Notes: generated by a model from the sequence alone, not told the origin. A stretch of 64,000 bases of DNA from an uncultured delta proteobacterium (GCA_963845145.1 CAWJQU010000005.1:672001-736000); one strand, 5' to 3'. Numbered from the stretch's first letter, positions 37,416 to 47,742 are shown. Numbers and translations: made by a program.

Positions 37416-39128
37416 ATGAACACGAACGAAAGATTGCCGCTGGTTAATTCCTATATTGATAAATGGGCAAAAAAGCAGCCGGATTCTATCGCTATGGTTC
37501 AACATGAAGACGGACGGGAAATCAGCTACAAAAAATTCAGGTCGCTCATTGATTTTTTTGCGCTCAAATTACTTGATATGGGTATTCAAAAAGGCGACCG
37601 GTTGGCAACCCAGCTGGTATTACTCCCGGAGCATATGGCGCTTATGTATGCTTGTTTTAAAATCGGGGCGATTATTGCGCCTCTGGATGTCCGCTTAAGT
37701 GAAAATGAAGTTGTGCGGGATATAAATAAAATTGAGGCCAAAGCCTTTTTCTTTTTAGGCGAAACCCCTGTTCGGGATTTTAGAATGGTTGGGGAAGCGG
37801 TTAAAAAGGGGTGCCCCTGTGTCAAACAGCTGGTGCAGTTCAGTGCCAATCCAAAACCGGGAGATATCATTGAAGGGGCGGTAAGTATCTCAGAACTAAT
37901 GAATAAAAAACGCCTGGTGTGGCTCAAGCTGAAAGACAGTTTCACCGGAAAACTTGGCAAGACGTATCAACAAGTGGGCAAGCGATCCCCGGCTCTCATC
38001 ATTTATACAACCGGAACCACCGGGGAACCCAAACCGGCGGTGTTATGCCATGAAAACATCATTGTTCAAAACCAGATATTGGAAAGGGGCATTGATTATA
38101 AGGGCGATAATAAAGATTTTTCGATTCTTGTAAATCTTCCGCCAAGCCATGTCGGATGCGTTACGGAAACATTTATGACGACCATGTACATGGGGGGGAA
38201 AGCGGTTCTATTAAGAATATTTGATACCAAAACCACCCTGGAGGCCATTGAACGTCACAAAATCAAAGTGATTGGACAAATACCCACCATGTTCCGCATG
38301 CTGTGGAATTTTCCCGAATATGATTCTTATGATCTTTCAAGCTTGGAATTTGTCGCCTATGCCGGGGCCGCGGTTGATACGACTTTTCTTAAAAAGCTTT
38401 CCACCATGGCACCTAAATTCGGAACCGGGATCGGAATGACGGAAAATGCCGGTTTTGCAACTTTTACCCCGGCCGGCATAACCCTTGAAGAGATGGCCGG
38501 ACAGGTGGGTCAAGCCTTCCCGGACCTGGCCGGGGTGTCCGTTCGAAAGCCGATGAAATCAGATGGATCAGCCGGAGACGAATTGGCTGATGAAGAGATT
38601 GGCGAAATTTGCTATCACCCGCCCATTGTCTTTTTAGGTTATTACAACCAATCGGAAGAGACAGAAAAAACGGTCTCTAAAGAAGGGATACTTTATACTG
38701 GGGATTTGGGATATTTTAAACAAATGGACGGTTATAAAGCCTTGTATCTTTCCGGCCGTAAAAAGTTCCTCATAAAACAAAAAGGATACAATGTCTTCCC
38801 AGGCGAGGTGGAAGAACATATCTCACAGATGGAAGGCGTGGATGTTGTAGAAGTTATCGGCATGAAACATGCGCTTTTTGATGAAGGAATTTTTGCTTTT
38901 GTTCGTCCTTATGCCGACAGCACTCTGGATGGAGAAGGGGTCATGGCACACTGCAAATTCATTGCTTCCTATAAAAGACCCCAACATGTTGAAATATGGC
39001 CTTCTGATCAGGAACTACCTTTGACCCGCAGCACAAAAGTTGACAAGCTCAAATTAGTTGAAATGGCCGGTCCCATTGTTGAGAATTTAAAAAACAATGG
39101 TCAATGGGATGCAAAACAGGAGGGGTAA
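37416..39128 (+). CDS. Acyl-CoA synthetase (AMP-forming)
   Basis: YTTGTTGEPK, GMTE, YTGDLG, GRKK, YKRP. Confidence 0.9.
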   Translation: MNTNERLPLVNSYIDKWAKKQPDSIAMVQHEDGREISYKKFRSLIDFFALKLLDMGIQKGDRLATQLVLLPEHMALMYACFKIGAIIAPLDVRLSENEVVRDINKIEAKAFFFLGETPVRDFRMVGEAVKKGCPCVKQLVQFSANPKPGDIIEGAVSISELMNKKRLVWLKLKDSFTGKLGKTYQQVGKRSPALIIYTTGTTGEPKPAVLCHENIIVQNQILERGIDYKGDNKDFSILVNLPPSHVGCVTETFMTTMYMGGKAVLLRIFDTKTTLEAIERHKIKVIGQIPTMFRMLWNFPEYDSYDLSSLEFVAYAGAAVDTTFLKKLSTMAPKFGTGIGMTENAGFATFTPAGITLEEMAGQVGQAFPDLAGVSVRKPMKSDGSAGDELADEEIGEICYHPPIVFLGYYNQSEETEKTVSKEGILYTGDLGYFKQMDGYKALYLSGRKKFLIKQKGYNVFPGEVEEHISQMEGVDVVEVIGMKHALFDEGIFAFVRPYADSTLDGEGVMAHCKFIASYKRPQHVEIWPSDQELPLTRSTKVDKLKLVEMAGPIVENLKNNGQWDAKQEG

Positions 39129-39183
39129 TTTGGTGAAATGAAGCGACACCTGTACCGCCCCAGTGAATTCTTATCAACCGCGC

Positions 39184-39663
39184 CTAAGCCGACACTAATT
39201 TCCAGAAACCATCCCGATGCCAGATAAGGGCCGGTTTATCCAGATCGCCGGCGTCGACCACCCGCCCGGTAAATACGTGGTAGCCCTTAATCGTATAGCT
39301 GCTCTCCACGTCACACGCCAGCCAGACGGAAGCCTCTTTGGGCACCAATCCGTGACCGGTATCCTGGGGCAGGGTATCAATGGCGAAACGGGAATATTTA
39401 TCCACCTTCTCCCCTTTAGCACTTCCCAATTGTATGGCCTGCTTGCTTTGGCCGGGTGCCGCCAGCGCCAGGACAAATTTACCCGAAGCACTGATGAGTT
39501 TTTCGGTCAGGTGTCCCGTGGAGACACTAATCGTTAAAATGGGCTCTTTTTCCGAAACAAACATGGCGGTGCCGGTCATGATGTCCCGTTGATCTTCGTG
39601 CGCCGTACAAATGTACACCACCGGGCAGGGGAGCCATTGAAAAACCGATATGTCTATTGCCAT
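39184..39663 (-). CDS. Flavin reductase-like FMN-binding protein
   Basis: PVVYICT, VSEKEP, GSAKG..DK, WLACDV, HVFTGRV. Confidence 0.82.
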   Translation of the reverse strand: MAIDISVFQWLPCPVVYICTAHEDQRDIMTGTAMFVSEKEPILTISVSTGHLTEKLISASGKFVLALAAPGQSKQAIQLGSAKGEKVDKYSRFAIDTLPQDTGHGLVPKEASVWLACDVESSYTIKGYHVFTGRVVDAGDLDKPALIWHRDGFWKLVSA

Positions 39664-39687
39664 TTTATTATCCCTTTAATTGAATAT

Positions 39688-40872
39688 TTATTGAATCATT
39701 CGATCCATTGCATCGCCAATCAGCTGTGCAAATGCTTTATCATTAATATGGTAATCGACATGCATCACGTCAATTTGTGGGTCCAAATGAGCGACCAGCT
39801 TTTTCATCAACATCTCGCTGATATCGGGATCATACAACGGCGATCCGAGCCCATCCGCCGTCGACCAGCCCTTGGTTGGATTAATGACTTTCACCCTGTC
39901 CGGGGCCTGGTTTAGCCGGTCCGCCAGTTGCTCAGCCAAAAGGATGGATTCCGCACGATTAAGACGAATTGCCGACCGAAAGTCATAAAAAAAGATCTTT
40001 CGGTCTTTATAGACCGGGGGTATATTATCACGTGTAAACTCCAGAACGGCACAATCAAGCCCACCGGGCACAACCAGACGGGGAACTTTTCGGTTCGATG
40101 GGGTGATAAATCGGGTCGGCCCGATATTACCGCAGTATCCATCCTTTAGATGATCGGCCAGCTCATGGGTGGCCAGATCGAGAATGCCGTCAAAATAGCC
40201 CTCATCGGCCAACTCCTCCAGCGCCATACCGCCGGTTCCGTTGGCATGAAAGGCGATCACCTCGTACCCTAGATCTTCAAGATGGGCTTTGACCTGTTCT
40301 GCCGCCGGCGTGATAAACCCAAAGAAAGAGAGGGCGATTCGCTTGCCCTGTTTTTCGGGCCGCCACTGGCTGCGCGCCATGGCACCCACCGCAACAGCGG
40401 CTTTATGCAAAATAGCACCGGAAATCCGATTGACGCCTAAAAGGTCCACCACGCTGTGCATCATGGTGATATCCTTCGTGCCGACGACCGTGCTCATGTC
40501 CCGCGAAGCCACAGTGGACACCATCACTTTCGGTACCCCCAGGGGCAAAACCCGCATGATACCGGTACACAAATGCGTCCCCGAGCCGCCACCGGCGGAA
40601 ATCACCGCCTGAATACGTCCGGCTTCATGCAGATCCCGCATCCGTTTTTGGCCACGGGCCAGCATGGACCCAATGGCTTCATCGCGGCCATCATATTCGG
40701 TTTGTTCCGCAAACAGATCGATATCCGCCGGAAATGAGGACGGCTTTTTCGTTCCGACGTGAATGGACAATACGGTGAGGCCATCGGATTCAATGGCATT
40801 TTTTAAAAAAAGGTGTTCCTCACCTTTGGTGTCGAAGGTGCCCAATACGGCAATGGTTGGGACGATTGGCAC
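39688..40872 (-). CDS. Tm-1-like ATP-binding domain protein (UPF0261), paralog 2
   Basis: GTFDTKGEE, GGGSGT, LPLGVPKVMVST, FHANGTGG, DLATHE, HIND. Confidence 0.9.
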   Translation of the reverse strand: MPIVPTIAVLGTFDTKGEEHLFLKNAIESDGLTVLSIHVGTKKPSSFPADIDLFAEQTEYDGRDEAIGSMLARGQKRMRDLHEAGRIQAVISAGGGSGTHLCTGIMRVLPLGVPKVMVSTVASRDMSTVVGTKDITMMHSVVDLLGVNRISGAILHKAAVAVGAMARSQWRPEKQGKRIALSFFGFITPAAEQVKAHLEDLGYEVIAFHANGTGGMALEELADEGYFDGILDLATHELADHLKDGYCGNIGPTRFITPSNRKVPRLVVPGGLDCAVLEFTRDNIPPVYKDRKIFFYDFRSAIRLNRAESILLAEQLADRLNQAPDRVKVINPTKGWSTADGLGSPLYDPDISEMLMKKLVAHLDPQIDVMHVDYHINDKAFAQLIGDAMDRMIQ

Positions 40873-40881
40873 GCAAACACA

Positions 40882-41484
40882 TCAACAAACGGTTAGATTG
40901 CCGGAATCATCGCCGGCGTTCGGCTCACCCCAGCGTTGGAACAGATTGTGTTCAACCCCGACATAATCCAGAATCTTGCCGATGGTCTGATTGATAATGT
41001 CATCTAAGGTTTTGGGGAAATGGTAAAACGATGGCACCGGCGGCAAGATATGGGCACCCATGTCGGCGGCCTGCATCATCAATCGCAGGTGTCCCTTGTG
41101 AAGCGGGGTCTCACGAACCACCAAAACCAGTTTGCGTTTTTCTTTTAGCGTGCAATCAGCAGCACGCACAATAAGGTTTTCATTATAGGAGTTGGCGATA
41201 CCAGACAGGGTTTTGATGGTGCACGGCACCACCACCATGGCCTCGGTTAGAAAAGAGCCCGATGCCAGGGCCGCGGCGACGTCTTTGTGGGCATAAGTAT
41301 AGTCCGCCATGGCGGCCACTTCTTCCGGGGAATAGTCGGTCTCGATTTTGATATTGAGGTTACCGGCATCGGAGATAATCAGGTGGGTTTCATAATCGTC
41401 AATATCCTTCAACACCTCCAGCATGCGGACACCATAGGTCACACCACTGGCTCCGGCAATCGCGATGACGAGTCGTTTTGGCAT
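40882..41484 (-). CDS. ubiX: Flavin prenyltransferase
   Basis: IAGASG, ASGSF, PCTIKTL, RAAD..LKEKR, RETP, PSFY. Confidence 0.95.
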   Translation of the reverse strand: MPKRLVIAIAGASGVTYGVRMLEVLKDIDDYETHLIISDAGNLNIKIETDYSPEEVAAMADYTYAHKDVAAALASGSFLTEAMVVVPCTIKTLSGIANSYNENLIVRAADCTLKEKRKLVLVVRETPLHKGHLRLMMQAADMGAHILPPVPSFYHFPKTLDDIINQTIGKILDYVGVEHNLFQRWGEPNAGDDSGNLTVC

Positions 41485-41497
41485 GGGGTTTTTCTCC

Positions 41498-41887
41498 TTA
41501 GCGAGTTTCTTGGGTCATTGATTTTGCCTCATCCAAAACATTCGCAACCAACTGCCGACAGTTGCTCACAATTTGGTTAATCCCTGTTTCGGATAAGTTG
41601 TCCCAGTGTATACCGGCCGTCACGACGACCCTGGTATTTAGAGCGGCAGCCAATGTCTCGGCGGCCTGTTTGGCCAGATCGTCCTCTTTGTGCGCCGTAT
41701 AGCAAATGACTGACGCGGTGGCGCTCATTTCCGCCGGATCTTTCAAACTGGGCCGTGGATGGGCGGCAGCAACCGCGCCGATGTGCGGTACTTCGCCGCC
41801 ATAAATACTAACTAAAAAGTCATCACCGATCCGCCGAATATCCGCCTCGATGTCATAGGATCCACTGTCGGTTTTAAGATGGGCCAT
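41498..41887 (-). CDS. LpdD-like prenylated-flavin chaperone
   Basis: IGDD..GG..PHIGAVA..HKED..VVVTAGIHWD pattern; directly upstream of ubiX; start ATG 41887. Confidence 0.72.
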   Translation of the reverse strand: MAHLKTDSGSYDIEADIRRIGDDFLVSIYGGEVPHIGAVAAAHPRPSLKDPAEMSATASVICYTAHKEDDLAKQAAETLAAALNTRVVVTAGIHWDNLSETGINQIVSNCRQLVANVLDEAKSMTQETR

Positions 41888-41981
41888 GGTGCCGCTCCGA
41901 ATGAAAGTTTCGATTTCGACCAAGCATTGTTCTCGGTAGGGAATCAGGCCCGCGAGTTTTCCCGGGTTGTAAAACCGGCTT

Positions 41982-42590
41982 TTAGAGGGGGTTGAAAAGC
42001 CCCATTTCAACAGCCATCTCCTGAGAAAGGGCCTTTCCGGTTTTGGTGGTAAACCACTCCTTGAGACCTTCCCGCCGCATGGCCAGCCCTTGGATCCAGG
42101 CGTCCTTCTTAAAATAATCGGGACCGAACATATCCTGATACCGTTGAACACTGCTCAACCCATAACGATCCAGTCGATCCGCCTCCATCACCAAAGTCGC
42201 CGAGATATCATTTAAAGCGAAAATACTATCCGGATCGTCATGAACAGAAATAATAGCGACGATACGTGCTTGATCATCCGGAGGAAATAGTAGATCGTTT
42301 AAAATGCCGGTCGCGATTTTGGCGCTCTGTTCCATGTGGAGCTGGAGGCTGCGGGTCTCTTTCTTTTTGGCTGGCGCGGCATCGATAAAGTCTTGATAAT
42401 CGATGGCACTCCAACCGGTATCGTGCAAATAAAGCGCTGGAATAACAATATCCGTATCACCATCTTCACGGCTTAGCAAACGACGCGCATATCCAACGGT
42501 CCGTAAGGTATGGTCCCAATCGCCTTGACGGCCGGTTTCCAGGATCGGCCGGGCTTTGGCGGCGATCGCTTTTTCCATATCCGGGGTCAC
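41982..42590 (-). CDS. HD-domain phosphohydrolase
   Basis: HTLR, LHDTGW, H, HD, EADRLD; GTGA overlap with the upstream gene. Confidence 0.88.
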   Translation of the reverse strand: MTPDMEKAIAAKARPILETGRQGDWDHTLRTVGYARRLLSREDGDTDIVIPALYLHDTGWSAIDYQDFIDAAPAKKKETRSLQLHMEQSAKIATGILNDLLFPPDDQARIVAIISVHDDPDSIFALNDISATLVMEADRLDRYGLSSVQRYQDMFGPDYFKKDAWIQGLAMRREGLKEWFTTKTGKALSQEMAVEMGLFNPL

Positions 42591-43801
42591 GGCATGATCT
42601 CTTTAGCCGCTGCAATGACAGCCTCAGCGACTTTATCTTCCTCCATGTTGGCATCAATTTCCCTGACCTCAATGCCCGGGGATAGCTTCTTTTTCAATCG
42701 GTCAATAAAAACAGCATCTTCTTTGGGATCGTAGGTGGGGTTACCGGGAATGTCGACACCCGACCACCCCTTAAGCGGTACGATGACGATGACGGGACCT
42801 GTGGCGGCATTGAGTTTTTGAGCGAATGCATCGGCCACCTGCGCCAATTCATCCGGCGCCAAACGAATCCAGGTCCTGAATTTATCCAGATCGTATTTTC
42901 GACGGCTATTAAAATCCGGTTTGTATTTGGATTTGGCCGGGGTCATGTGGTTAACGCTACACAAAGATATGATCTGAGGAATGCCGGCTTTACCAGCGGC
43001 CTCCATTCTCGTCGGACCCGCATCGCGCATGTACCCGAAAAGGTGTTCGCCCACGCCTCCGGGGGCCAAGTCGATCACCCCTTTAAAAAAACCGTTGGCG
43101 ATCATCTCCTCCATGGCCCGATCCGAAATACCTGCCGCCGAAAATCCGGTCACCTGATAACCGCTCTTTTCCAACCCGCTGCGGACCGTGTGGGCACATT
43201 GCTCGCACGGTCCCAGCATGGTCATGGCAAAAGCGCGGTCACTATCGGCCGCAGGTGAAGCCACATCATTATTAACCATTCCCATCATGGCGCCAACAGC
43301 ACGATCAATCACATTTTTTAGCAAGTTCGAAACACCCGATATCTCGATCACGGAGTGAAACAGCATAATGTCACCGGTACCAATATAGCGGGTCGATAGT
43401 CCCGGCAATGCGGCTGTTGAGGAGATAATCACCTTGGGAACCCCAAAAGGCAGCGCCCGCATCACCTCACTGGCCATAAGTGATCCGGTGGAACCGCCCA
43501 GGGCGATCACACCGTCAACCTTGCCTCCGTCATGGCTTTGGATCGCCAGGCTAATGGCCCCGGCGATAGTGACCGCTGTAATTTTCGACCGTTCCCGGGA
43601 AGCACTCAACGCCTCAAGGCTGCTGCCTCCGGCCTCGGCCACCATGGCCGGTGTAATTTCAGCCGGAGAGTTCTCGCCCCCACGCATAGAGAGATCCATC
43701 ATCAGGGTATTGAGCCCAGAGGACGCTATTTTGTCCTTCAGATAGAAGGTCTCTTCGCCTTTGGTGTCCAGGGTTGCGATAATGAGAATGGTTTTCGTCA
43801 T
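42587..43801 (-). CDS. Tm-1-like ATP-binding domain protein (UPF0261), paralog 1
   Basis: ATLDTKGEE, GGSTGS, LPFGVPKVIIS, RAMEEMI, PLKGWS. Confidence 0.9.
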   Translation of the reverse strand: MTKTILIIATLDTKGEETFYLKDKIASSGLNTLMMDLSMRGGENSPAEITPAMVAEAGGSSLEALSASRERSKITAVTIAGAISLAIQSHDGGKVDGVIALGGSTGSLMASEVMRALPFGVPKVIISSTAALPGLSTRYIGTGDIMLFHSVIEISGVSNLLKNVIDRAVGAMMGMVNNDVASPAADSDRAFAMTMLGPCEQCAHTVRSGLEKSGYQVTGFSAAGISDRAMEEMIANGFFKGVIDLAPGGVGEHLFGYMRDAGPTRMEAAGKAGIPQIISLCSVNHMTPAKSKYKPDFNSRRKYDLDKFRTWIRLAPDELAQVADAFAQKLNAATGPVIVIVPLKGWSGVDIPGNPTYDPKEDAVFIDRLKKKLSPGIEVREIDANMEEDKVAEAVIAAAKEIMP

Positions 43802-43809
43802 AATATCTA

Positions 43810-45465
43810 CTACCCTTCGCTCGCCACTTTTTCGGCAATCATCTTTTTCAGGGTCTCTTTATTAACTTTTCCCGAATCGCCCACCGCCGGAAATTCGGAA
43901 ACCACTTCCAGTCGTTCGGGCAGCTTGAACATGGCGATCTGTTTGCCCTTCAAATATTCCACCATCTCCTCGAAGGTAAAGTCCTGGCCCGCCTTGGGAA
44001 TGACGTAGGCGCAAGCTTTTTCACCCATCTCGCGGTTCGGGTAACCCACAATCGCCACGGATGCTACCTTGGGATTGTCGTTGAGCAATCCTTCGATCTC
44101 CGCCGGGTAGATATTCTGCCCGCCACGAATAATCATATCTTTGGCGCGGCCCAGGATCCACAAGCACTCCTGGTCGAACTTGACGATATCACTGGTCGTG
44201 GTCCATCCTTCTTCGTCAAAAACCGTCGCGGTCAGTTCTTCGTCCCGGTAATAACCGGCCGGGGCATGGGGTCCACGGAACCACAACACGCCCGGCTCGC
44301 CATCGGTAACTTCCTCGCCGGTATCTTTGTCCAGCAGTTTCACTTTATTACCCGGCAGCATGCGCCCAACGGTTCGGCGGCGCAGATCCTTGGAATCTTC
44401 GACGCGGCATCCCGACACCGACCCCATGTCCTGGGTTCCGAGATCGCTGGTGATGGAGGCGCCAAATGCCTGTTCCGCCTCTTCAGCCACCTGGGGTGCC
44501 AGATACCCACCCGCCGAACGGATAAACCGCAACGAACTCAAGTCGTATTTCGTGGCGTCAGCTTCCAGCATGCGAATCAAATGGGTGGGCACAACACCAA
44601 TGGCGGTCGCCTTCTCCTTTTCAATTAAGGAGAGGGCTGCATCGGGTGAAAACTCCTCCAGCATGACTGTTTTGGCACCGGCAATAGGTGCGGCAAAATA
44701 GGTCAGCGTACCCGCAGCACCACCGGCATGGGGCGCAATAGCCATGGTGATGTCGTCTTTGGTCAGATTCCAAATATCCACCCGTCCCTTGGATGTGCAG
44801 ATTCGGGGCGCAGGCGGCCATTCCACTAACTTGGGAATACCGGTAGTGCCGGAAGTCGTCGTCAGAAGCGCAATATCACCGGTTGCACTCAGGCGACGCT
44901 CTTCCAACACGGCACTATCAATCGGCTTTTCAGCACGCGCTTTGGTCATTTGCGGTAAAGAAAAGGTGCCTTCGGGCGCACTGTCCGGCACGGTGTCTTC
45001 AAAGAGAAAAAAGTGCTGCAGGTGAGGGAACTGCTTCTGGAGACCTTTGTACATTTCGAGATAGTCGAACTTATTGTAAACGTGGCAGATGACAACCGCT
45101 TTCGCTTCGGTGCGCTCCACCATGTATTCCAGCTCACGTTGGCGCAGGTAAGGATAAACCGTCAAGCTGATCAACCCGGCCCTTTCACAGGCAATTCTGG
45201 CTAAAAAACCATAGACGCTGTTGGGTGACTGAATGATGACACGGGAAGATTTGGGAATCCCCATCTCCACCCAGGAGATCGCCATGGCATCTACCAGTTT
45301 TTTAGCCTCCGCCCAGGTCAAACGATATTTGGAGTCCACCAGGGCTTCCTGGTCACCAAATTCACGGGCGTTTCGATCCCAGAAATCGTAAAACAACTCC
45401 TGGGTCCAGTAGCCGTCATTTAAAAATTCATTGATCATACTTTCTTTATATCGAATCGGTTTCAA
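43810..45465 (-). CDS. AMP-binding (aryl/cyclic acid)-CoA ligase
   Basis: TTSGTTGIPK, GRAKDMIIRGGQNIYPAEIE, FKLPERL, SGKV; N-terminal GYWT typical of the AliA/DhbE-like clade. Confidence 0.88.
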   Translation of the reverse strand: MKPIRYKESMINEFLNDGYWTQELFYDFWDRNAREFGDQEALVDSKYRLTWAEAKKLVDAMAISWVEMGIPKSSRVIIQSPNSVYGFLARIACERAGLISLTVYPYLRQRELEYMVERTEAKAVVICHVYNKFDYLEMYKGLQKQFPHLQHFFLFEDTVPDSAPEGTFSLPQMTKARAEKPIDSAVLEERRLSATGDIALLTTTSGTTGIPKLVEWPPAPRICTSKGRVDIWNLTKDDITMAIAPHAGGAAGTLTYFAAPIAGAKTVMLEEFSPDAALSLIEKEKATAIGVVPTHLIRMLEADATKYDLSSLRFIRSAGGYLAPQVAEEAEQAFGASITSDLGTQDMGSVSGCRVEDSKDLRRRTVGRMLPGNKVKLLDKDTGEEVTDGEPGVLWFRGPHAPAGYYRDEELTATVFDEEGWTTTSDIVKFDQECLWILGRAKDMIIRGGQNIYPAEIEGLLNDNPKVASVAIVGYPNREMGEKACAYVIPKAGQDFTFEEMVEYLKGKQIAMFKLPERLEVVSEFPAVGDSGKVNKETLKKMIAEKVASEG

Positions 45466-45627
45466 AACAGACCTCCATATTGTTGAAATTAGGGGCTACG
45501 CCCAAATTTGAGAAGGTAAAATGGCCCAATTTCTATGCCATCTTGACAACCGTCTCTTTTGTATCAACGGGCATGCCACTTCAATTAAGATTATGCTGCT
45601 ACAACCAGCTGGAGATTTTGTGAGCAG

Positions 45628-46143
45628 TTATTTGTTGGATTTTTTTGATTTTAGACTGGCTTTGAATTGATCCCAGAAATCCCGTTCCTTATCTTTCCAG
45701 GTTGCCCCCCATCTTTTTTCAAAATAGGAGGTCGGCAATCTATCCTGCCAGGCGCTCCAGGGGTTTTCTCCTTTTTCCCTGGCAACCAGTGCATCGACCA
45801 AGTAGCTGGCAATATCGCTAATCTCTTCTTTGGGAATATAAGAGTAGGCGCCTTCCTTGATGGTTCTCACCAGGTTTGTCGAATTAAAAGCGTGGGCAGT
45901 CAACATAATGGCCGGGATGTCTCTCTTATTGGCAATATTGAGCAAACCGTACCCGTCAACCCCCATGATATCCAGAATGGCAAGATTAAATTCCTGGGAT
46001 TCCAACAGCAATTTGGCCTGATCGAAGGTGGTTGCCGTGGTCACTTCGCACATGTCGAGTAACTCTTCCAGCACTTCCAGTATATCCGGTTCGTCATCGA
46101 CCGCCAGAATTTTTTTGCCGTTTAACAAGCTTGTGTCGGACAT
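45628..46143 (-). CDS. Response regulator (REC domain plus short Trp-rich tail)
   Basis: ILAVDDEPD, ILDIMGVDG, MLTAHA, YIPK. Confidence 0.88.
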   Translation of the reverse strand: MSDTSLLNGKKILAVDDEPDILEVLEELLDMCEVTTATTFDQAKLLLESQEFNLAILDIMGVDGYGLLNIANKRDIPAIMLTAHAFNSTNLVRTIKEGAYSYIPKEEISDIASYLVDALVAREKGENPWSAWQDRLPTSYFEKRWGATWKDKERDFWDQFKASLKSKKSNK

Positions 46144-46168
46144 ACGGCTGTCTCCTTTGTCAAGATTG

Positions 46169-46198
46169 TGGTGAATTCGGGATGCCCCGAATTCACCA
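46169..46198. other. Perfect 13-bp intergenic hairpin after ppcB
   Basis: TGGTGAATTCGGG-ATGC-CCCGAATTCACCA; no U-tract on the sense strand. Confidence 0.6.
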
Positions 46199-46210
46199 TA
46201 TCATTGGATG

Positions 46211-47617
46211 TTATAATCCAAGTTCCGACCAACGACCTTTGACCCTTTCGACCATATCCGGATCCAGTTCGATGGGAATCGGTTTCTGTTTCCAGTCATA
46301 AGGAATCGTCGCATCCAGCAAGAGTCGCCCAGTGATTTCCCTGGCTTCGATGGGCAGCGACGGATCCAGTGGTGTGGACCGACCCCGTTTAATCACCTGG
46401 CTTCGGTTAGGCTGGAACCTGAAGCTTAATGCATACATGACCCTGGGGATGTCCCAAGGATCGATATCTTCGTCTACCACGATGACCGTTTTCAGTCCAT
46501 AGGCACCCATTTCAGTGGAAATCGCTGCAGTTAGAACCTGGTCGGCATGGCCCGGATACATCTGCTTTATGGAGATGATGGCCAGAAAACGTCCGGAGCC
46601 TTCCGGCGGGCAGTAGACCGCTTTCAAGCCTGGAATTTTCATGTCCAGCAGTTGTGACCACAAGGTGGCGCCATAGGAGAGGGCCATGGTCATGTGGGTA
46701 TCGGTGACGGCGCGTCCGACGGTAGTGCCCCAAAGAATCGGGTTGTTCCGGTGGGTAACGCACTTGACGTCCATAAAGTTACGAGGATCGGTGCCAACAC
46801 CGGAGTAGTACCCAGTATACTCGCCAAAGGGGCCCTCTTCCATGAACTTGTCGGCATCAACTTCACCTTCAAGAATAATTTCCGCATGGGCCGGGACAAT
46901 CAGATCTGAGGTTTCACATTTGACGACCTCTACCGCTTCCCCTCGAATGGCACCACCCACATCGTATTCACTGACAGAGGCCGAAACACGCGCCGCCCCC
47001 AGGATAAACAGCAGGGGATCACATCCGATGACGGATGCGCAAGGCATCGGTTTTCCCATGGCCTGGTACTTCTTCAGCATGATGTCGGCATGCTTACCCT
47101 TGATAAACTGGGTCCCAATCTTGTCTTTGCCCAGAAGCTGAGCCCGGTAAGTGCCTAAATTAACCCAGCCGGTTTCCGGATCCTTGGTAACGAAATAATG
47201 GGCGGTGCCGATGTAACGGCCGCCGTCCAAGGGGTACCACTGGGGAACTGGAAACTTGTACAGGTCGATGTCGTCGCCGGTGAGGATGTTCTCTTTACAA
47301 GGGGCTGCTGATTTCTCAACTTCCTTGGGAGGAATAAGATTTTCGCCAAGTTTCGCCCACGCCGCATAAAGGTCTGTCAGGCTCGCATCCTTCGGCTGCC
47401 CCATGATGAATGCACAGCGCTCAACTGTGGTACATACACTGGTTGCAACCGGTGTATCGTAATCTTTTACATTCTCAAAAAGCAGTGCAGGTCCACTGGC
47501 CTCTTCATTGAGTTTAGCAACGTGGGACAGCTCCAGATTCCAGTCGACTTCCGCTGTAATCCGTTTGCATAATCCCGCTTTCTCACCCTGTTCAAAAAAA
47601 TCTCGCATGCTTTTCAT
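46211..47617 (-). CDS. ppcB: UbiD family carboxylase, phenylphosphate carboxylase beta-like
   Basis: EVDWNLELSHVAKLNEE..GPALLF, DGGRYIGT, NLGTYR, EGPFGEYTGYY, GRSTPLDP; resembles Thauera PpcB as recalled. Confidence 0.85.
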   Translation of the reverse strand: MKSMRDFFEQGEKAGLCKRITAEVDWNLELSHVAKLNEEASGPALLFENVKDYDTPVATSVCTTVERCAFIMGQPKDASLTDLYAAWAKLGENLIPPKEVEKSAAPCKENILTGDDIDLYKFPVPQWYPLDGGRYIGTAHYFVTKDPETGWVNLGTYRAQLLGKDKIGTQFIKGKHADIMLKKYQAMGKPMPCASVIGCDPLLFILGAARVSASVSEYDVGGAIRGEAVEVVKCETSDLIVPAHAEIILEGEVDADKFMEEGPFGEYTGYYSGVGTDPRNFMDVKCVTHRNNPILWGTTVGRAVTDTHMTMALSYGATLWSQLLDMKIPGLKAVYCPPEGSGRFLAIISIKQMYPGHADQVLTAAISTEMGAYGLKTVIVVDEDIDPWDIPRVMYALSFRFQPNRSQVIKRGRSTPLDPSLPIEAREITGRLLLDATIPYDWKQKPIPIELDPDMVERVKGRWSELGL

Positions 47618-47742
47618 TGCTTCTTTTTCCTTTCTACTTTAGGTTGTGAATTAATAATGTTCGGGCATTCGATAACCGCTCGGGACGGGCAAATACCGTC
47701 GATAGGCATAGATTCCCGGACACTACTGCCATTATTGGGTTT

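Noticed and set aside
45520..45580. Sigma54 promoters upstream of the CoA ligase
   Set aside because: Two TGGCA-N6-TTG motifs on the minus strand both lack the conserved -12 GC (TTGA, TTGG).
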